Part shown: positions 8,805 through 18,183 of the stretch, piece by piece
Numbering within the stretch: the first letter of the stretch is position 1
Layout of the letters: the number at the start of each line of letters is the position of its first letter
Assembly (NCBI GenBank): GCA_043820925.1
Contig: JBDRDL010000061.1
Location: forward strand, 1-31,752
DNA length: 31,752 nt
Source of the DNA: Methanobacteriota archaeon
GTDB lineage: Archaea; Hydrothermarchaeota; Hydrothermarchaeia; Hydrothermarchaeales; JACRDW01
Reading direction: 5' to 3'
Position numbers and translations under genes: made by a program
The notes under the pieces: generated by a model
What the model was told of the DNA's origin: nothing
Databases searched by the model: none
What the model saw: only the letters and a program-made list of their open reading frames with translations

Positions 8805-9965
8805 ATGAACCCTGCGAAAAAAAGCGTAGAAATAATAAAGAAACTTCAAACAAAGAAAGGCGGATTTCTTGCCACGTTTGAAAACGATGCGTATCCTTAT
8901 GTTTATCCCCGCGACGGAGTGATAATGACAAAGGCTTTGAATCTCCATCGCAAGCATGCGCGCTCTGAGAAATTCTATTATTTTTTGAGAAGCGTTGTAA
9001 AGAACGGCGAGGTCCTGCAGAGGTATCACAAGAATGGCTTGCCATTTGTTTCTGAAAAAGGCGAGAACGACTGCCCAGGGCTGGTTCTGCACGGCATATG
9101 GGATACCTTTATGCGAAGCGGCAACTACGAATTCATCAGCGAAATTTTTCCGCTCGCTGCATCCTGCGCAGCTTTTATCCAAAGCAATATTGGCGGCAAC
9201 GGCTTGCTTAAAAGTGAGCGCAGCATCCACGAGTTTTACAGACTGGAGAACGGCTATGAGATATGGGCAAACTGCGCAGCGGCAAGGGGCTTGCTGGATG
9301 CAAGCGAGGTTGCAAAGGCGCTGGGGAAAGGGAGGAAAGCGAAAGAGTGGGAGAGGGCTGGAGAAAATTTAAGGCGGAATATAAAGAGCAAACTCTATGA
9401 CGCAGAACTCGGAATTTTCATCAAAACAATAACAAATGCGGGAGTGAGACTTACCTCTCCAGACATATCAATGCTTTCGCCATTTTATTTTGAGATTATA
9501 AACTCCAAGCAGGTTTTGAGCAGAACTTTGAAGTTTCTTAGAAAAACCATCTGGGATAAAAATCTCGGCGGCTTCAAGCGCTTCAGGAAGTTCGAAATCT
9601 GCAAAGACTGGCACTGGTACACCGGCGGCGATGGTCAGTGGTTTTTAACGATGTGGGCTGCGAGGTTTTACAGGCAGCTGGGAGACGAGAAGGGATTTGA
9701 GGAGTGCGCAGACTGGGTGGATAGAGTTACTTCTCCCGAAGGCTTCATTCCGGAGCACATAGCCCTTGAGAAGGACTACTTCGAATGGAAGGAAAACGAA
9801 ATAGAGTTCAGCGAGAGGATAATAAGGGGCATGCGCAGGGCGGAGAGCTTCAAGTCGCCAGTTGAAGGTACGATTTGCTGGGCAGTACCCCTTGGCTGGG
9901 CTCAGGCGGAGCGCATGCTGCTGGAAGAGCATATTCGGGGCGAAGTTCAGTTTTTATGCAAGTAG
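8805..9965 (+). CDS. Glycoside hydrolase family 15-like (alpha/alpha)6 protein, putative trehalase/glucoamylase
   Basis: YPYVYPRDG, SIHE, IPEH and PLGWAQAE resemble GH15 motifs; directly follows TPS/TPP. Confidence 0.7.
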   Translation: MNPAKKSVEIIKKLQTKKGGFLATFENDAYPYVYPRDGVIMTKALNLHRKHARSEKFYYFLRSVVKNGEVLQRYHKNGLPFVSEKGENDCPGLVLHGIWDTFMRSGNYEFISEIFPLAASCAAFIQSNIGGNGLLKSERSIHEFYRLENGYEIWANCAAARGLLDASEVAKALGKGRKAKEWERAGENLRRNIKSKLYDAELGIFIKTITNAGVRLTSPDISMLSPFYFEIINSKQVLSRTLKFLRKTIWDKNLGGFKRFRKFEICKDWHWYTGGDGQWFLTMWAARFYRQLGDEKGFEECADWVDRVTSPEGFIPEHIALEKDYFEWKENEIEFSERIIRGMRRAESFKSPVEGTICWAVPLGWAQAERMLLEEHIRGEVQFLCK

Positions 9966-11135
9966 CAGTTTCATGAACCTCTCGCCTTCAATTAATCCCA
10001 GAGAACCTTCTCTAGCAGAAGCTTCGTCAAATTTTTTTACGTCGTCGCTCTTACTCATTGGCGAATATATAGCGAATGGAACGGGCTCTTTCGTGTGCGT
10101 CATTACTTTTATCGGCGTGAAATGGTCGGGCAGCACAGCGATTTTATACTCGCCTTCCAGACCATTGAGCAGCTTTCCGACCAACCGTCTGTCAAAATCT
10201 TCGATTGTTTTTATTTTCATCTCCACGTCGCCCGCATGCGACGCTTCGTCTATTGATTCAACGTGCACGTAAACATAGTCTTTTTTCTCAAGCGCTTTCA
10301 GCGCATACTTGGCTTTACCTTCGTAATTCGTATCGTAGTAGCCGGTAGCGCCGGGAACATTTATCACTTCCATGCCCGCATATATGCCAATCCCTTTCAG
10401 CAGGTCGACCGCAGATATAACAGCACCGCTTACGCCGTACTTTTTTTTCAGCGGCTCCATTTTCGGTCTTTTTCCCTGACCCCACAGCCAAATCATGTTC
10501 GCAGGATTTTCCCCGGCTTCAATTCTCCTCAGATTTACTTCATGTTCTGCAAGTGCTTTCTTCGAATCCAGTATCATTTGGTTGAGCTTTTTTACAGTTG
10601 CGTTGCTCTTCGGTTTTATTAGGCATCGTGAGATTTTCCTTCCCAGTGCGTCGTGGGGCGGGGTACAGTGGAGCTCCACTGTACTGCTTCTCAAAACAAA
10701 CAAGTGGCGGTAGCTGATGCCAGGATAGAATTCGCCAATGCCTGCGAAAGCTGTTCCAACTTCTTTTATCAGCTTCCTCGCCTCTTCAGTAGTGATATGG
10801 TCAGCACAATAGTCCTTAATCCTCTCCCCTTCTTCAGTAATTAAATTGCACCTGAATGCCAGGTCATTTTTCCCCAGCTCAACGCCTATACTCGCAGCTT
10901 CCAGTGGACCCCTTCCCGTGTAGTATTTCCTCGGGTCATAGCCCAAAATTGAAAGATTCGCAATATCGCTTCCAGCCTCCATTCCCTTCGGTATCGTTCT
11001 CAGCAGCCCGCATCTCCCTCTTGCAGCGATTTCGTCCATGTTCGGCTTGTGCGCAACCTGAAGCGGAGTCTTGCCTCGCAGCTCTTCCAGCGGGCAATCT
11101 GCCATTCCGTCTCCGACTATAACGATGTACTTCAT
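9954..11135 (-). CDS. apgM: Cofactor-independent phosphoglycerate mutase family protein (ApgM); hom-linked, matching the 'proposed homoserine kinase' subgroup
   Basis: [71 protein letters not shown]. Confidence 0.88.
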   Translation of the reverse strand: MKYIVIVGDGMADCPLEELRGKTPLQVAHKPNMDEIAARGRCGLLRTIPKGMEAGSDIANLSILGYDPRKYYTGRGPLEAASIGVELGKNDLAFRCNLITEEGERIKDYCADHITTEEARKLIKEVGTAFAGIGEFYPGISYRHLFVLRSSTVELHCTPPHDALGRKISRCLIKPKSNATVKKLNQMILDSKKALAEHEVNLRRIEAGENPANMIWLWGQGKRPKMEPLKKKYGVSGAVISAVDLLKGIGIYAGMEVINVPGATGYYDTNYEGKAKYALKALEKKDYVYVHVESIDEASHAGDVEMKIKTIEDFDRRLVGKLLNGLEGEYKIAVLPDHFTPIKVMTHTKEPVPFAIYSPMSKSDDVKKFDEASAREGSLGLIEGERFMKLLLA

Positions 11136-12145
11136 AACCTAATTGCATTCCCCCAGATGCTAATCAAGTCGCTCAGAATTGCACTGTTCGTTTCTATCGC
11201 TCCAGCCCCTTTACCGACAATGGTTATATCGCCTGCGATGTCTGCTCGCAGCAACGCAACGTTAAGCATGCCTTCCACGTTAAGTGGATGATTCACCGGC
11301 ACTAAACGAGGAGCTACCTCTAAGTTGCTGTTCTTTACCTCGCCAATCAGCTTTATCGCATAGCCGTCTTCCTTTGCAAGCTTTATCGCTTCCGGGGTTA
11401 TCTTCCTTATCCCCTGAATTTTTACATCTTTGTAAGCAGCGTCTATTCCCATTATCGCATTTGCAAGAATAACAAGCTTGCTCGCAGTATCCACGCCGTC
11501 TATGTCATAGGAGGGGTCTGCCTCTGCTATTCCTAATTCCTGCACTTCTCTAAGCACGATATCAAAAGAGCTCTCTTCTTTCGTCATCCTGCTCAGGATG
11601 TAATTCGTGGTGCCGTTTAGTATTCCCTCGATTGCATATATCTCATCGCCAGAGAGCATTTCATTCGCAAGATTTATAATAGGCATTGCGCCTCCGACAG
11701 AAGCCTCGAACCGAAACATGACGTTATTCTTCCTGGCAGTCTCCCTCAGCTTTTTGAACTTCAGCGCAAGCGGGCCTTTGTTAGAAGTTACGACGTGCTT
11801 TTTATTTTTCATCGCAGCAAGCATGTGCGATAACCCCGGCTCGCCGGTCTCGATGTTGGAAGGAGTAGCCTCTATAATTACATCCGCATCAATTGCTTCG
11901 ATAGCCTCTAGTCCGCTGAGCTTCTTTGCCCCCGGATAGTTTATTATCTTCCTTGTTTTCTGCATAACGTTTAATGCCTTGTGCAGGTCCAGACCTTTCT
12001 CATCAACAGCAGTGCCGGTTATGTCTGAGATTGAAACTATCTTTACGTCCAAGCCATGCCTCTTCTTCAGATAGCCCGCTTTCCTGAGCAAAACCTCTGC
12101 AAATCCCTGACCAATGTTGCCGAAGCCTATCAGCTGAATTTTCAT
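11132..12145 (-). CDS. hom: Homoserine dehydrogenase
   Basis: [58 protein letters not shown]. Confidence 0.95.
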   Translation of the reverse strand: MKIQLIGFGNIGQGFAEVLLRKAGYLKKRHGLDVKIVSISDITGTAVDEKGLDLHKALNVMQKTRKIINYPGAKKLSGLEAIEAIDADVIIEATPSNIETGEPGLSHMLAAMKNKKHVVTSNKGPLALKFKKLRETARKNNVMFRFEASVGGAMPIINLANEMLSGDEIYAIEGILNGTTNYILSRMTKEESSFDIVLREVQELGIAEADPSYDIDGVDTASKLVILANAIMGIDAAYKDVKIQGIRKITPEAIKLAKEDGYAIKLIGEVKNSNLEVAPRLVPVNHPLNVEGMLNVALLRADIAGDITIVGKGAGAIETNSAILSDLISIWGNAIRL

Positions 12146-12649
12146 TTATTCACCCAGCGACCTGATTATAATGAACTTCTTCTCAGATGCTATTTCTTCC
12201 AGGCATGCCATGACTTTTTTAGCTGCACCTGAGCCGGAAACCTCAATGTCCATTCTTGCAGAAGACTCTTTCTCTGGATGCGGCATCGCCAGAGCAAGAT
12301 CAGCAACCATTGCTCCTTTTATTTCGTTAATTCTATCAATCGTGTCTCTGGCATCTGTATCAACGATATGACCAATCAGTACGACCTTTATATTTTCTTT
12401 TTTCTTGACTTCCCCGACCTTCGATACCCAGATGTCTCGATCCTCCAGCTCTTTTAAAATCTTATCAAGCTTTTGCGGGTCGACTTCAATAGTAACGTGG
12501 ACAGGAACCCTTCCTCCGGTCAGCTCTTCTCGCAGGTGAACTATGCTTATTATGTTGCCGCCGAACTGCGAAATTGGCTCCAGAGCCTTCACCAATTGCC
12601 CGGGCACATCTTTTAAGACCACATCCAGACTCATTTTCATAGTCATCAC
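12146..12649 (-). CDS. ACT-domain amino-acid-binding protein (archaeal regulator typically upstream of hom)
   Basis: LKDVPGQLV.ALEPIS..GGNIISIVH, LIGHIVDTD..DTIDRI. Confidence 0.85.
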   Translation of the reverse strand: MMTMKMSLDVVLKDVPGQLVKALEPISQFGGNIISIVHLREELTGGRVPVHVTIEVDPQKLDKILKELEDRDIWVSKVGEVKKKENIKVVLIGHIVDTDARDTIDRINEIKGAMVADLALAMPHPEKESSARMDIEVSGSGAAKKVMACLEEIASEKKFIIIRSLGE

Positions 12650-12675
12650 GATTTAGGTTCACTACATAGCAATAT

Positions 12676-13605
12676 TTATTTGTTTCTCCACATCATCTGC
12701 AAGTTAATCTTCGGGTGCGGCTCGAACTTTCTTCTTTCAATTGCGCTGCCGATGATTTTTATTTCCTCCAGCGGAGGTGCATTCAAATAGTGCAGATAGC
12801 CGATTTCTTTCGGGTCGAAGCTCATTAAATATGCGCAGTAAACATCGCATTCCAGCGGCTCGCCAGCCAGTGCGACGTTCCACTCAAAAATCTCGCCAGC
12901 TATCGGTCCGTTGCCCTCCATTCCTGCATAGCCGTCGATTATTCCGAGCTTCGGCTTGACGTATTTTACAAGGGCTGCAATATTTTTGTGAATTACCTTA
13001 GCTCCTTTGATGTATTTCTCTTCCTTTACTTCTGTCGAGGAGTAAAGTCTTCTCAAAATTTTAAACCTTGAAAAACTTGAGGCTATTTTTCTAAGCGGCT
13101 TTATTCTCATTACTTTTCCAAAAGCCGCAGCATAGCCGTGCACCAGCGGGCGGTCTTCTGGATGAACAAAGCCGAGCACGTTCTTCAGCGTGAGCGTAAC
13201 TACGGCATGGTCGTGCGTCTTCGGCAGAGTTAGAGAAACCACATCCCATCTTGCATAATTTGAGACTCTAACTTTTTTTGGTTTCTTCTCAATATCCAAA
13301 AATTCAATTTCCTCCCATTCCCTGCTTTCGTTCAAATCAATTAATTCTACTCCATAATCCTTTGCGAGCTTTTTGTAACCCAGCGAAGAGTAGAGTTCTC
13401 TTGTATCTACTGCACTGCCTTCCGCAATTATATCCACGTCCAGCGAATCGAGCACGGCTCTCAGAGCCTCTGGATGAGTTGCTGCGGAGCCGCCTGCCAC
13501 GAGGTTAGGTTTAAGCAGAGTTCTTCCTCTAGAGCGCCATTGCACCTGCTGCAAAACTGCCCTGATGTTTTCATATCTCCCGAGACCGGTGCTTGTAAAA
13601 ATCAT
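12676..13605 (-). CDS. DUF362-family protein
   Basis: [36 protein letters not shown]. Confidence 0.82.
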   Translation of the reverse strand: MIFTSTGLGRYENIRAVLQQVQWRSRGRTLLKPNLVAGGSAATHPEALRAVLDSLDVDIIAEGSAVDTRELYSSLGYKKLAKDYGVELIDLNESREWEEIEFLDIEKKPKKVRVSNYARWDVVSLTLPKTHDHAVVTLTLKNVLGFVHPEDRPLVHGYAAAFGKVMRIKPLRKIASSFSRFKILRRLYSSTEVKEEKYIKGAKVIHKNIAALVKYVKPKLGIIDGYAGMEGNGPIAGEIFEWNVALAGEPLECDVYCAYLMSFDPKEIGYLHYLNAPPLEEIKIIGSAIERRKFEPHPKINLQMMWRNK

Positions 13606-13880
13606 AAATATGCAACACCGAAAGAGCGGAATTCTCCCTTATAGTCTTCCCATTTGACTTCGACATTTGTAACTCTTGCATATGGAGGACCCTTATAGCA
13701 CCACCTGAGCATTTCCTCGACCTTTTCTTTCTCGCCCTCGAAAATTGCTTCGACCCTACCGTCCCGCAAGTTGCGAACCCAGCCTTTTATTCCAAGCTCA
13801 AAAGCTTTCTCCTCTGCACTTGACCTGAAGAATACTCCCTGAACTCTTCCGGAGATGTAAGCGTGAGCTCTAACATGCAT
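13602..13880 (-). CDS. acyP: Acylphosphatase
   Basis: [29 protein letters not shown]. Confidence 0.95.
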   Translation of the reverse strand: MHVRAHAYISGRVQGVFFRSSAEEKAFELGIKGWVRNLRDGRVEAIFEGEKEKVEEMLRWCYKGPPYARVTNVEVKWEDYKGEFRSFGVAYL

Positions 13881-13920
13881 GCTCGAAAATTTATATCCTC
13901 ACCTTAATAAAATTAAAGTC
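13881..13920. promoter_or_regulatory. Compact divergent promoter region between acyP and the radical SAM gene
   Basis: 40-bp AT-rich gap with TTTATAT at 13890-13896, about 25 bp before ATG 13921, consistent with an archaeal TATA box and a leaderless transcript. Confidence 0.4.
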
Positions 13921-14952
13921 ATGCTAAACTATCCGATTAGAGAATCGCCCTTATATGAGAAATTATCTAACGAGAAAGTCAGGTGCGGCGTCTGCGAGAG
14001 GAGATGTACGATTGCTCTTGAGAAGAAAGGCTTTTGCAAAACTAAGACGAATATCGAGGGCAAACTTTACACTCTGGTTTATGGCGATATAAGCGCTCTC
14101 GAGAGCAGACCGATTGAAATCAAGCCTTTCTTTCACTTTTATCCAGGCAGTACTGCGCTGACTTTTTCCACATGGAGCTGCAACTTCCGCTGCCCATGGT
14201 GCCAGAACTGGCATCTCTCGAGGACAGAGCCGAATCCTGAGAAGGCGAATTACATTTCTCCAGAAAAAATTGTCGAGATGGCAGTAAAGAATAAAGACGA
14301 AGGGCTGTGCGTAAGCTTTCAGGAACCCACGCTTCTTTTTGAATACTCTCTCGACGTTTTTAAAATAGCAAGAGAGAAACTATACAACTGCTGGGTATCA
14401 AACGGCTACCTTACGCTCGATGCGCTTCGCATGCTTGCGGGCGCAGGTATGAATGCAATTAAAGTCGACATCAAGGGCGATGAAGAAGTTTATAAAAAAT
14501 ACTGCAGGGGTATAGACGCTGAAAAAATTTGGAGAAATGCGAGAGAGGCAAAAAGACTCGGGATGCACGTGGAGATAGTGAACCTTGTGATAACCGACAT
14601 AAACGATGACGAAGCCTGCCTTAGCGAGATAATAGAAAGGCATTTGAAAGAGGTCGGAGCTACTACACCGCTGCACTTCACTCGCTACTATCCTGCTTAT
14701 AAGTTCACAAACCCTCAAACCAAGATTGAAACTCTGGAAAAAGCTTATGAAGCTGCGAAGAAAGCTGGCGTTTTATACCCTTACATAGGGAATGTGCCAG
14801 GGCATCGCTATGAAAATACTTACTGCCCTGAGTGCGGGGAGCTGCTAATCAGAAGGTTTGGCTTCAGCGTCGCTGAGTATAAAATAAAAGACAAAAAGTG
14901 CCCAAACTGCGGGGAGGGAATTCCGATAGTCGGGAGGTACGTAAAGAAATGA
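13921..14952 (+). CDS. AmmeMemoRadiSam-system radical SAM enzyme (AmrS/PflA-like)
   Basis: C..C.R.C...GFC, PIEIKPFFHFYPG, CNFRCPWCQNW, PLHFTRYYP, YIGNV...NTYCPECG...CPNCG. Confidence 0.88.
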   Translation: MLNYPIRESPLYEKLSNEKVRCGVCERRCTIALEKKGFCKTKTNIEGKLYTLVYGDISALESRPIEIKPFFHFYPGSTALTFSTWSCNFRCPWCQNWHLSRTEPNPEKANYISPEKIVEMAVKNKDEGLCVSFQEPTLLFEYSLDVFKIAREKLYNCWVSNGYLTLDALRMLAGAGMNAIKVDIKGDEEVYKKYCRGIDAEKIWRNAREAKRLGMHVEIVNLVITDINDDEACLSEIIERHLKEVGATTPLHFTRYYPAYKFTNPQTKIETLEKAYEAAKKAGVLYPYIGNVPGHRYENTYCPECGELLIRRFGFSVAEYKIKDKKCPNCGEGIPIVGRYVKK

Positions 14953-15722
14953 ATGTCAAACAACTGATTCAAAAGCTTGGCATGCCGTACTCGGAAGAAT
15001 TGGGCATAGACATAAAATCCTGCAAGCAAGAAGAAATCGCCAAGTGGTTCTTAGCATCGATTTTATTTGCAGCTCGGATAGGCGAGAGCATAGCGAAGAA
15101 TACCTATAAAGAATTTGAGAAGAGCGGCATCGTAACAGCGGCAAAAATTTCTGGCACGGGCTGGGAGGACTTGGTTGCAACCCTCGACGCAGGTGGCTAC
15201 GTGCGCTACGACTTTAAAACAGCGGATAAGCTGCTGGAAGTTTTTGGAAATTTGCAGAAGGATTACGGCGGCGACTTGAACAGGCTGCACGAAAAAGCAG
15301 AGGATTCGGCAGATTTAGAAGAAAAATTAAAGAACCTCGGCAAGGGAATAGGCGATATAACCGTAGCTATTTTCCTTCGAGAGATGCGCTTCTGCTGGGA
15401 GAAAGCGAATCCAAAGCCCACGCCGCTAGTTTTGGAAGCGATGAAAAATCTCGGCATTAAAAACCTAAAAGATTTTGCCAGAGAAAATAATTTGGACATA
15501 GTTAGACTGGAAACTGCGCTGCTGAGACTAAGCAAGAACCTTTGCAGAAAAGAGAAATGCAGAGAATGCCCTGCGAAAGGTTTGTGTTTTAATCCAAATT
15601 TGTTCTGGAGTCATGACAGCAAGTGCACATTCCCAATCCTCACGTTTCTTAGATATTTCTTTGCAGCTGCGCAGCACTCTTCTGCCTGCTTTCTGCTCGT
15701 AGTCGGCAAATCATTCATGTAA
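14949..15722 (+). CDS. HhH-GPD/endonuclease III superfamily protein with a C-terminal Cys cluster
   Basis: WFLASILF.ARI, GGYVRYD.KTA, LGKGIG.ITV.IFLRE, CRKEKCRECPAKGLC; ATG 14949 overlaps the upstream stop; the last ~44 aa are probably run-through. Confidence 0.65.
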   Translation: MNVKQLIQKLGMPYSEELGIDIKSCKQEEIAKWFLASILFAARIGESIAKNTYKEFEKSGIVTAAKISGTGWEDLVATLDAGGYVRYDFKTADKLLEVFGNLQKDYGGDLNRLHEKAEDSADLEEKLKNLGKGIGDITVAIFLREMRFCWEKANPKPTPLVLEAMKNLGIKNLKDFARENNLDIVRLETALLRLSKNLCRKEKCRECPAKGLCFNPNLFWSHDSKCTFPILTFLRYFFAAAQHSSACFLLVVGKSFM

Positions 15723-16711
15723 AACTGGGGATAGAAAGCAAGGAGGGAGTAGGGTATCTCGTGGTCTAGACCCGCTATGAACTTCGCAATATTTTCAACT
15801 TCAGCTGCATCGATGTAGCAGGGCACTAGCAGCGTACTTGCGGTCAAGAAAGGAGGCTCCTTGCGTTGCCTTCCATACTCGGCGAGCCGCTCAAAATTTT
15901 TTAGAGTCTGCCTATTTGTTATTCCAGTTAAGGCGATGTTCAGATTTTCATTCCATGCCTTTAAGTCGAACTTTATGCAGCCGCCGCTTTCAAGAGAAAG
16001 CTCAGCAACTTTTTTCAGCATCGCATGCGACATGCTTCCGTTTGATTCCCAGCAGATGCGCAAGATGCGACCTTTCGCACCTTCAATTGCTAATTCGCTT
16101 GTCCTCAAAGCATGCGGCATCTGCGGTGATGGATCGCCTCCGAAGTAGCATATGCAGGAGGTTTTTTCGTCTGCATAGCCTGCGAGCTCTTGAGCGCTCA
16201 TCGTTGGCGATAAACTCCTTGCTCGTTCCCTGTAGTGCCAGTTCTGGCAAAAGAGGCAGTTGAAGGTGCAGGCACCGTAAAATACTGCAAGGTTTTTGTA
16301 CCCGTATTCCGGAGCACCTTTGCTGTATGAAAATTTTGGGTACCCTGCGCCTGTGCCTCCTGCGCAGCACCAGTCTGCGACGCAGTTCGTCGGCAGCGGG
16401 TCGTAATAGCATTCTACAATTCCCTTTTCAGGAGTGCCTGCAAGGTGCACCAGTTTTCCATTTTCATTCTTCCTCAAGCCGCAGTATCCCCTCTCGTCTA
16501 TTCCAATTCTGCAGTCGTTAACGCACAGCCCGCACTTCACGCCGTGCGGGTCTTTCGGAGGCTTTGCCGGCAGATTGAATTTTTTCCTGCTCTCAGCGTG
16601 CGCCTTCTCAATGAAAGGCGAAGCTTCATCAAATTTTTTTTTAATACACCCTAAGCAAACGCCAAGCGAGCGTGAAATTAGTTCTGTTTTCTCGCAAACC
16701 TCGCACAACAT
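15611..16711 (-). CDS. Radical SAM protein, AmrS/PflA-activating-enzyme-like paralogue with a Cys-rich N-terminus
   Basis: C..C...C..C, CGLCVNDC...GYCGLR, YYDPLPTNCVA, CTFNCLFCQNW, FGGDP, LLAFYPQF. Confidence 0.85.
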   Translation of the reverse strand: MLCEVCEKTELISRSLGVCLGCIKKKFDEASPFIEKAHAESRKKFNLPAKPPKDPHGVKCGLCVNDCRIGIDERGYCGLRKNENGKLVHLAGTPEKGIVECYYDPLPTNCVADWCCAGGTGAGYPKFSYSKGAPEYGYKNLAVFYGACTFNCLFCQNWHYRERARSLSPTMSAQELAGYADEKTSCICYFGGDPSPQMPHALRTSELAIEGAKGRILRICWESNGSMSHAMLKKVAELSLESGGCIKFDLKAWNENLNIALTGITNRQTLKNFERLAEYGRQRKEPPFLTASTLLVPCYIDAAEVENIAKFIAGLDHEIPYSLLAFYPQFYMNDLPTTSRKQAEECCAAAKKYLRNVRIGNVHLLS

Positions 16712-16743
16712 AGAAGTATATAAGTTGCGACGGTGTAATAAAA

Positions 16744-17322
16744 CTATAGCTTCTTCATCACGCACCTGTAGCCTCTATGGGAGCCTTTCCTCCCGTGCAA
16801 TTTTATATCCTCAATGCTAATTTCAAAATTTGAAAAAGTGCTTGTTATTTCTTGCTTTGAAATTCTGTAAGGTCCCCAGCTGCATGGCTCTTTGTCGCTG
16901 AAGCATCTGAGCAAGTAAATTCCCCTCGGCTTCATGACTCTGCGAATCTCGTCTGCAAACCACTTCCTGTATTCCGGGGCAAAAACATGAAAGCATCCTC
17001 TGTCATTAACAAAACCAAAGCTGTTGTCTTGAAAAGTAAGTTCTAACACGTTTCCAACCCTGAAGTCAACTTTTACCTTGGCTTCTTCTGCCTTCTTCTC
17101 AGCGATTTCGATGGCTTCTTTAGAAATATCGATTGCACTAACTTTAAAACCATTCTTTACGAGATAAATAGCTTCAGTACCTGTGCCGCAGCAAACGTCT
17201 AGAGCTGGGCATGGCTTTATTTCCCCCTTCTCAATCAGCTCGACCAGTTCCTCTGACGGCACATCTATATCCCAGGGGATTTCTTCAGGCTTTCTGTATA
17301 CTTCGTTCCACCAGTTTGACAT
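16744..17322 (-). CDS. Class I SAM-dependent methyltransferase (TPMT/TehB-like)
   Basis: W.E.Y...PWD, ALDVCCGTG, AIDIS, DRGCFH. Confidence 0.88.
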   Translation of the reverse strand: MSNWWNEVYRKPEEIPWDIDVPSEELVELIEKGEIKPCPALDVCCGTGTEAIYLVKNGFKVSAIDISKEAIEIAEKKAEEAKVKVDFRVGNVLELTFQDNSFGFVNDRGCFHVFAPEYRKWFADEIRRVMKPRGIYLLRCFSDKEPCSWGPYRISKQEITSTFSNFEISIEDIKLHGRKGSHRGYRCVMKKL

Positions 17323-17378
17323 TTGTACTATGATTTACGCAAAAAGTATAAGAATATATTAGGTCATGTAGTATCCTG

Positions 17379-17389
17379 AATTAACTTCC
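17379..17389. repeat. 11-bp direct repeat AATTAACTTCC, left copy (right copy at 18182-18192)
   Basis: Exact match to the sequence spanning the cobA stop codon; the pair brackets the MNT-HEPN module. Confidence 0.6.
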
Positions 17390-17469
17390 GTGCTGGAATT
17401 TCTCAAGACTTAACCCAGAATCCTTCAACCGCAAAGCCAAAGCTTAATATATTCTTAAATAAAAAATAT

Positions 17470-17892
17470 ATGGGACTGAAGATGCTCCAACAGATAAAGA
17501 AAGATTTTGAATTCGTAAAAGACAGCGTAAAAGGCGTCCTATTATTTGGCTCCCATGCAACCGGCAAGGTAGATAAAAGATCAGATATCGATATATGTTT
17601 GGTAAGCCCAAAAAATAAGAAAATTATCCTAAAGGTATTTGAGAGGCTCGGCAATAAATACGATGTAAAGATTTTCGAGGAACTCCCGCTCTATATAAAG
17701 ATAGACGTAATAAAAAATCACATAACGATTTTTGGCGACGAAGTTTATCTTTCCTACTACTTCTACAATTTTAGGAAAGAGTGGAAAGATGTAGAGCCCA
17801 GGATAAAGAAAAACAGATTTGCCAGTGCCAGAGAGATGATAATACAGAGGAGGTCTTGGCTAAATGAGAGAAAGATATCTCAAAAAACTTGA
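17470..17892 (+). CDS. Minimal nucleotidyltransferase (MNT) antitoxin
   Basis: LLFGSHATG....RSDIDIC, YDVKIFEELPLYIK. Confidence 0.88.
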   Translation: MGLKMLQQIKKDFEFVKDSVKGVLLFGSHATGKVDKRSDIDICLVSPKNKKIILKVFERLGNKYDVKIFEELPLYIKIDVIKNHITIFGDEVYLSYYFYNFRKEWKDVEPRIKKNRFASAREMIIQRRSWLNERKISQKT

Positions 17893-18173
17893 GACTTTTG
17901 AGAAGGAAAAGGAGTTTATCAAAAGCCACAAGATAGTCGACGATGTAACTCAGAGGGCAATGCTTTATTCCCTCCAGATATGCGTGGAAACTGCGATGGA
18001 CATTGCGGCTATGAAAATAAAGGAGTCTGGCATGATCGTCGAGGATGATTATTCAAAATGGGATAAGAAATGCTATTGCTCACAAATATAACCGGCTCGA
18101 TATAGAAATTATAAAAGAGGCTTTCAGCAGGATTGATGATTTTTCAGAGGTTGTATTGAAAATTTCCGAGTGA
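17864..18173 (+). pseudogene. HEPN (DUF86) RNase toxin, frameshifted by an internal deletion near 18056
   Basis: LYSLQICVE..MDI...EDDYS, then the +1 frame continues NGIRNAIAHKYNRLD...ISE* with the RxxxxH motif. Confidence 0.82.
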
Positions 18174-18183
18174 TTACCGCCAA

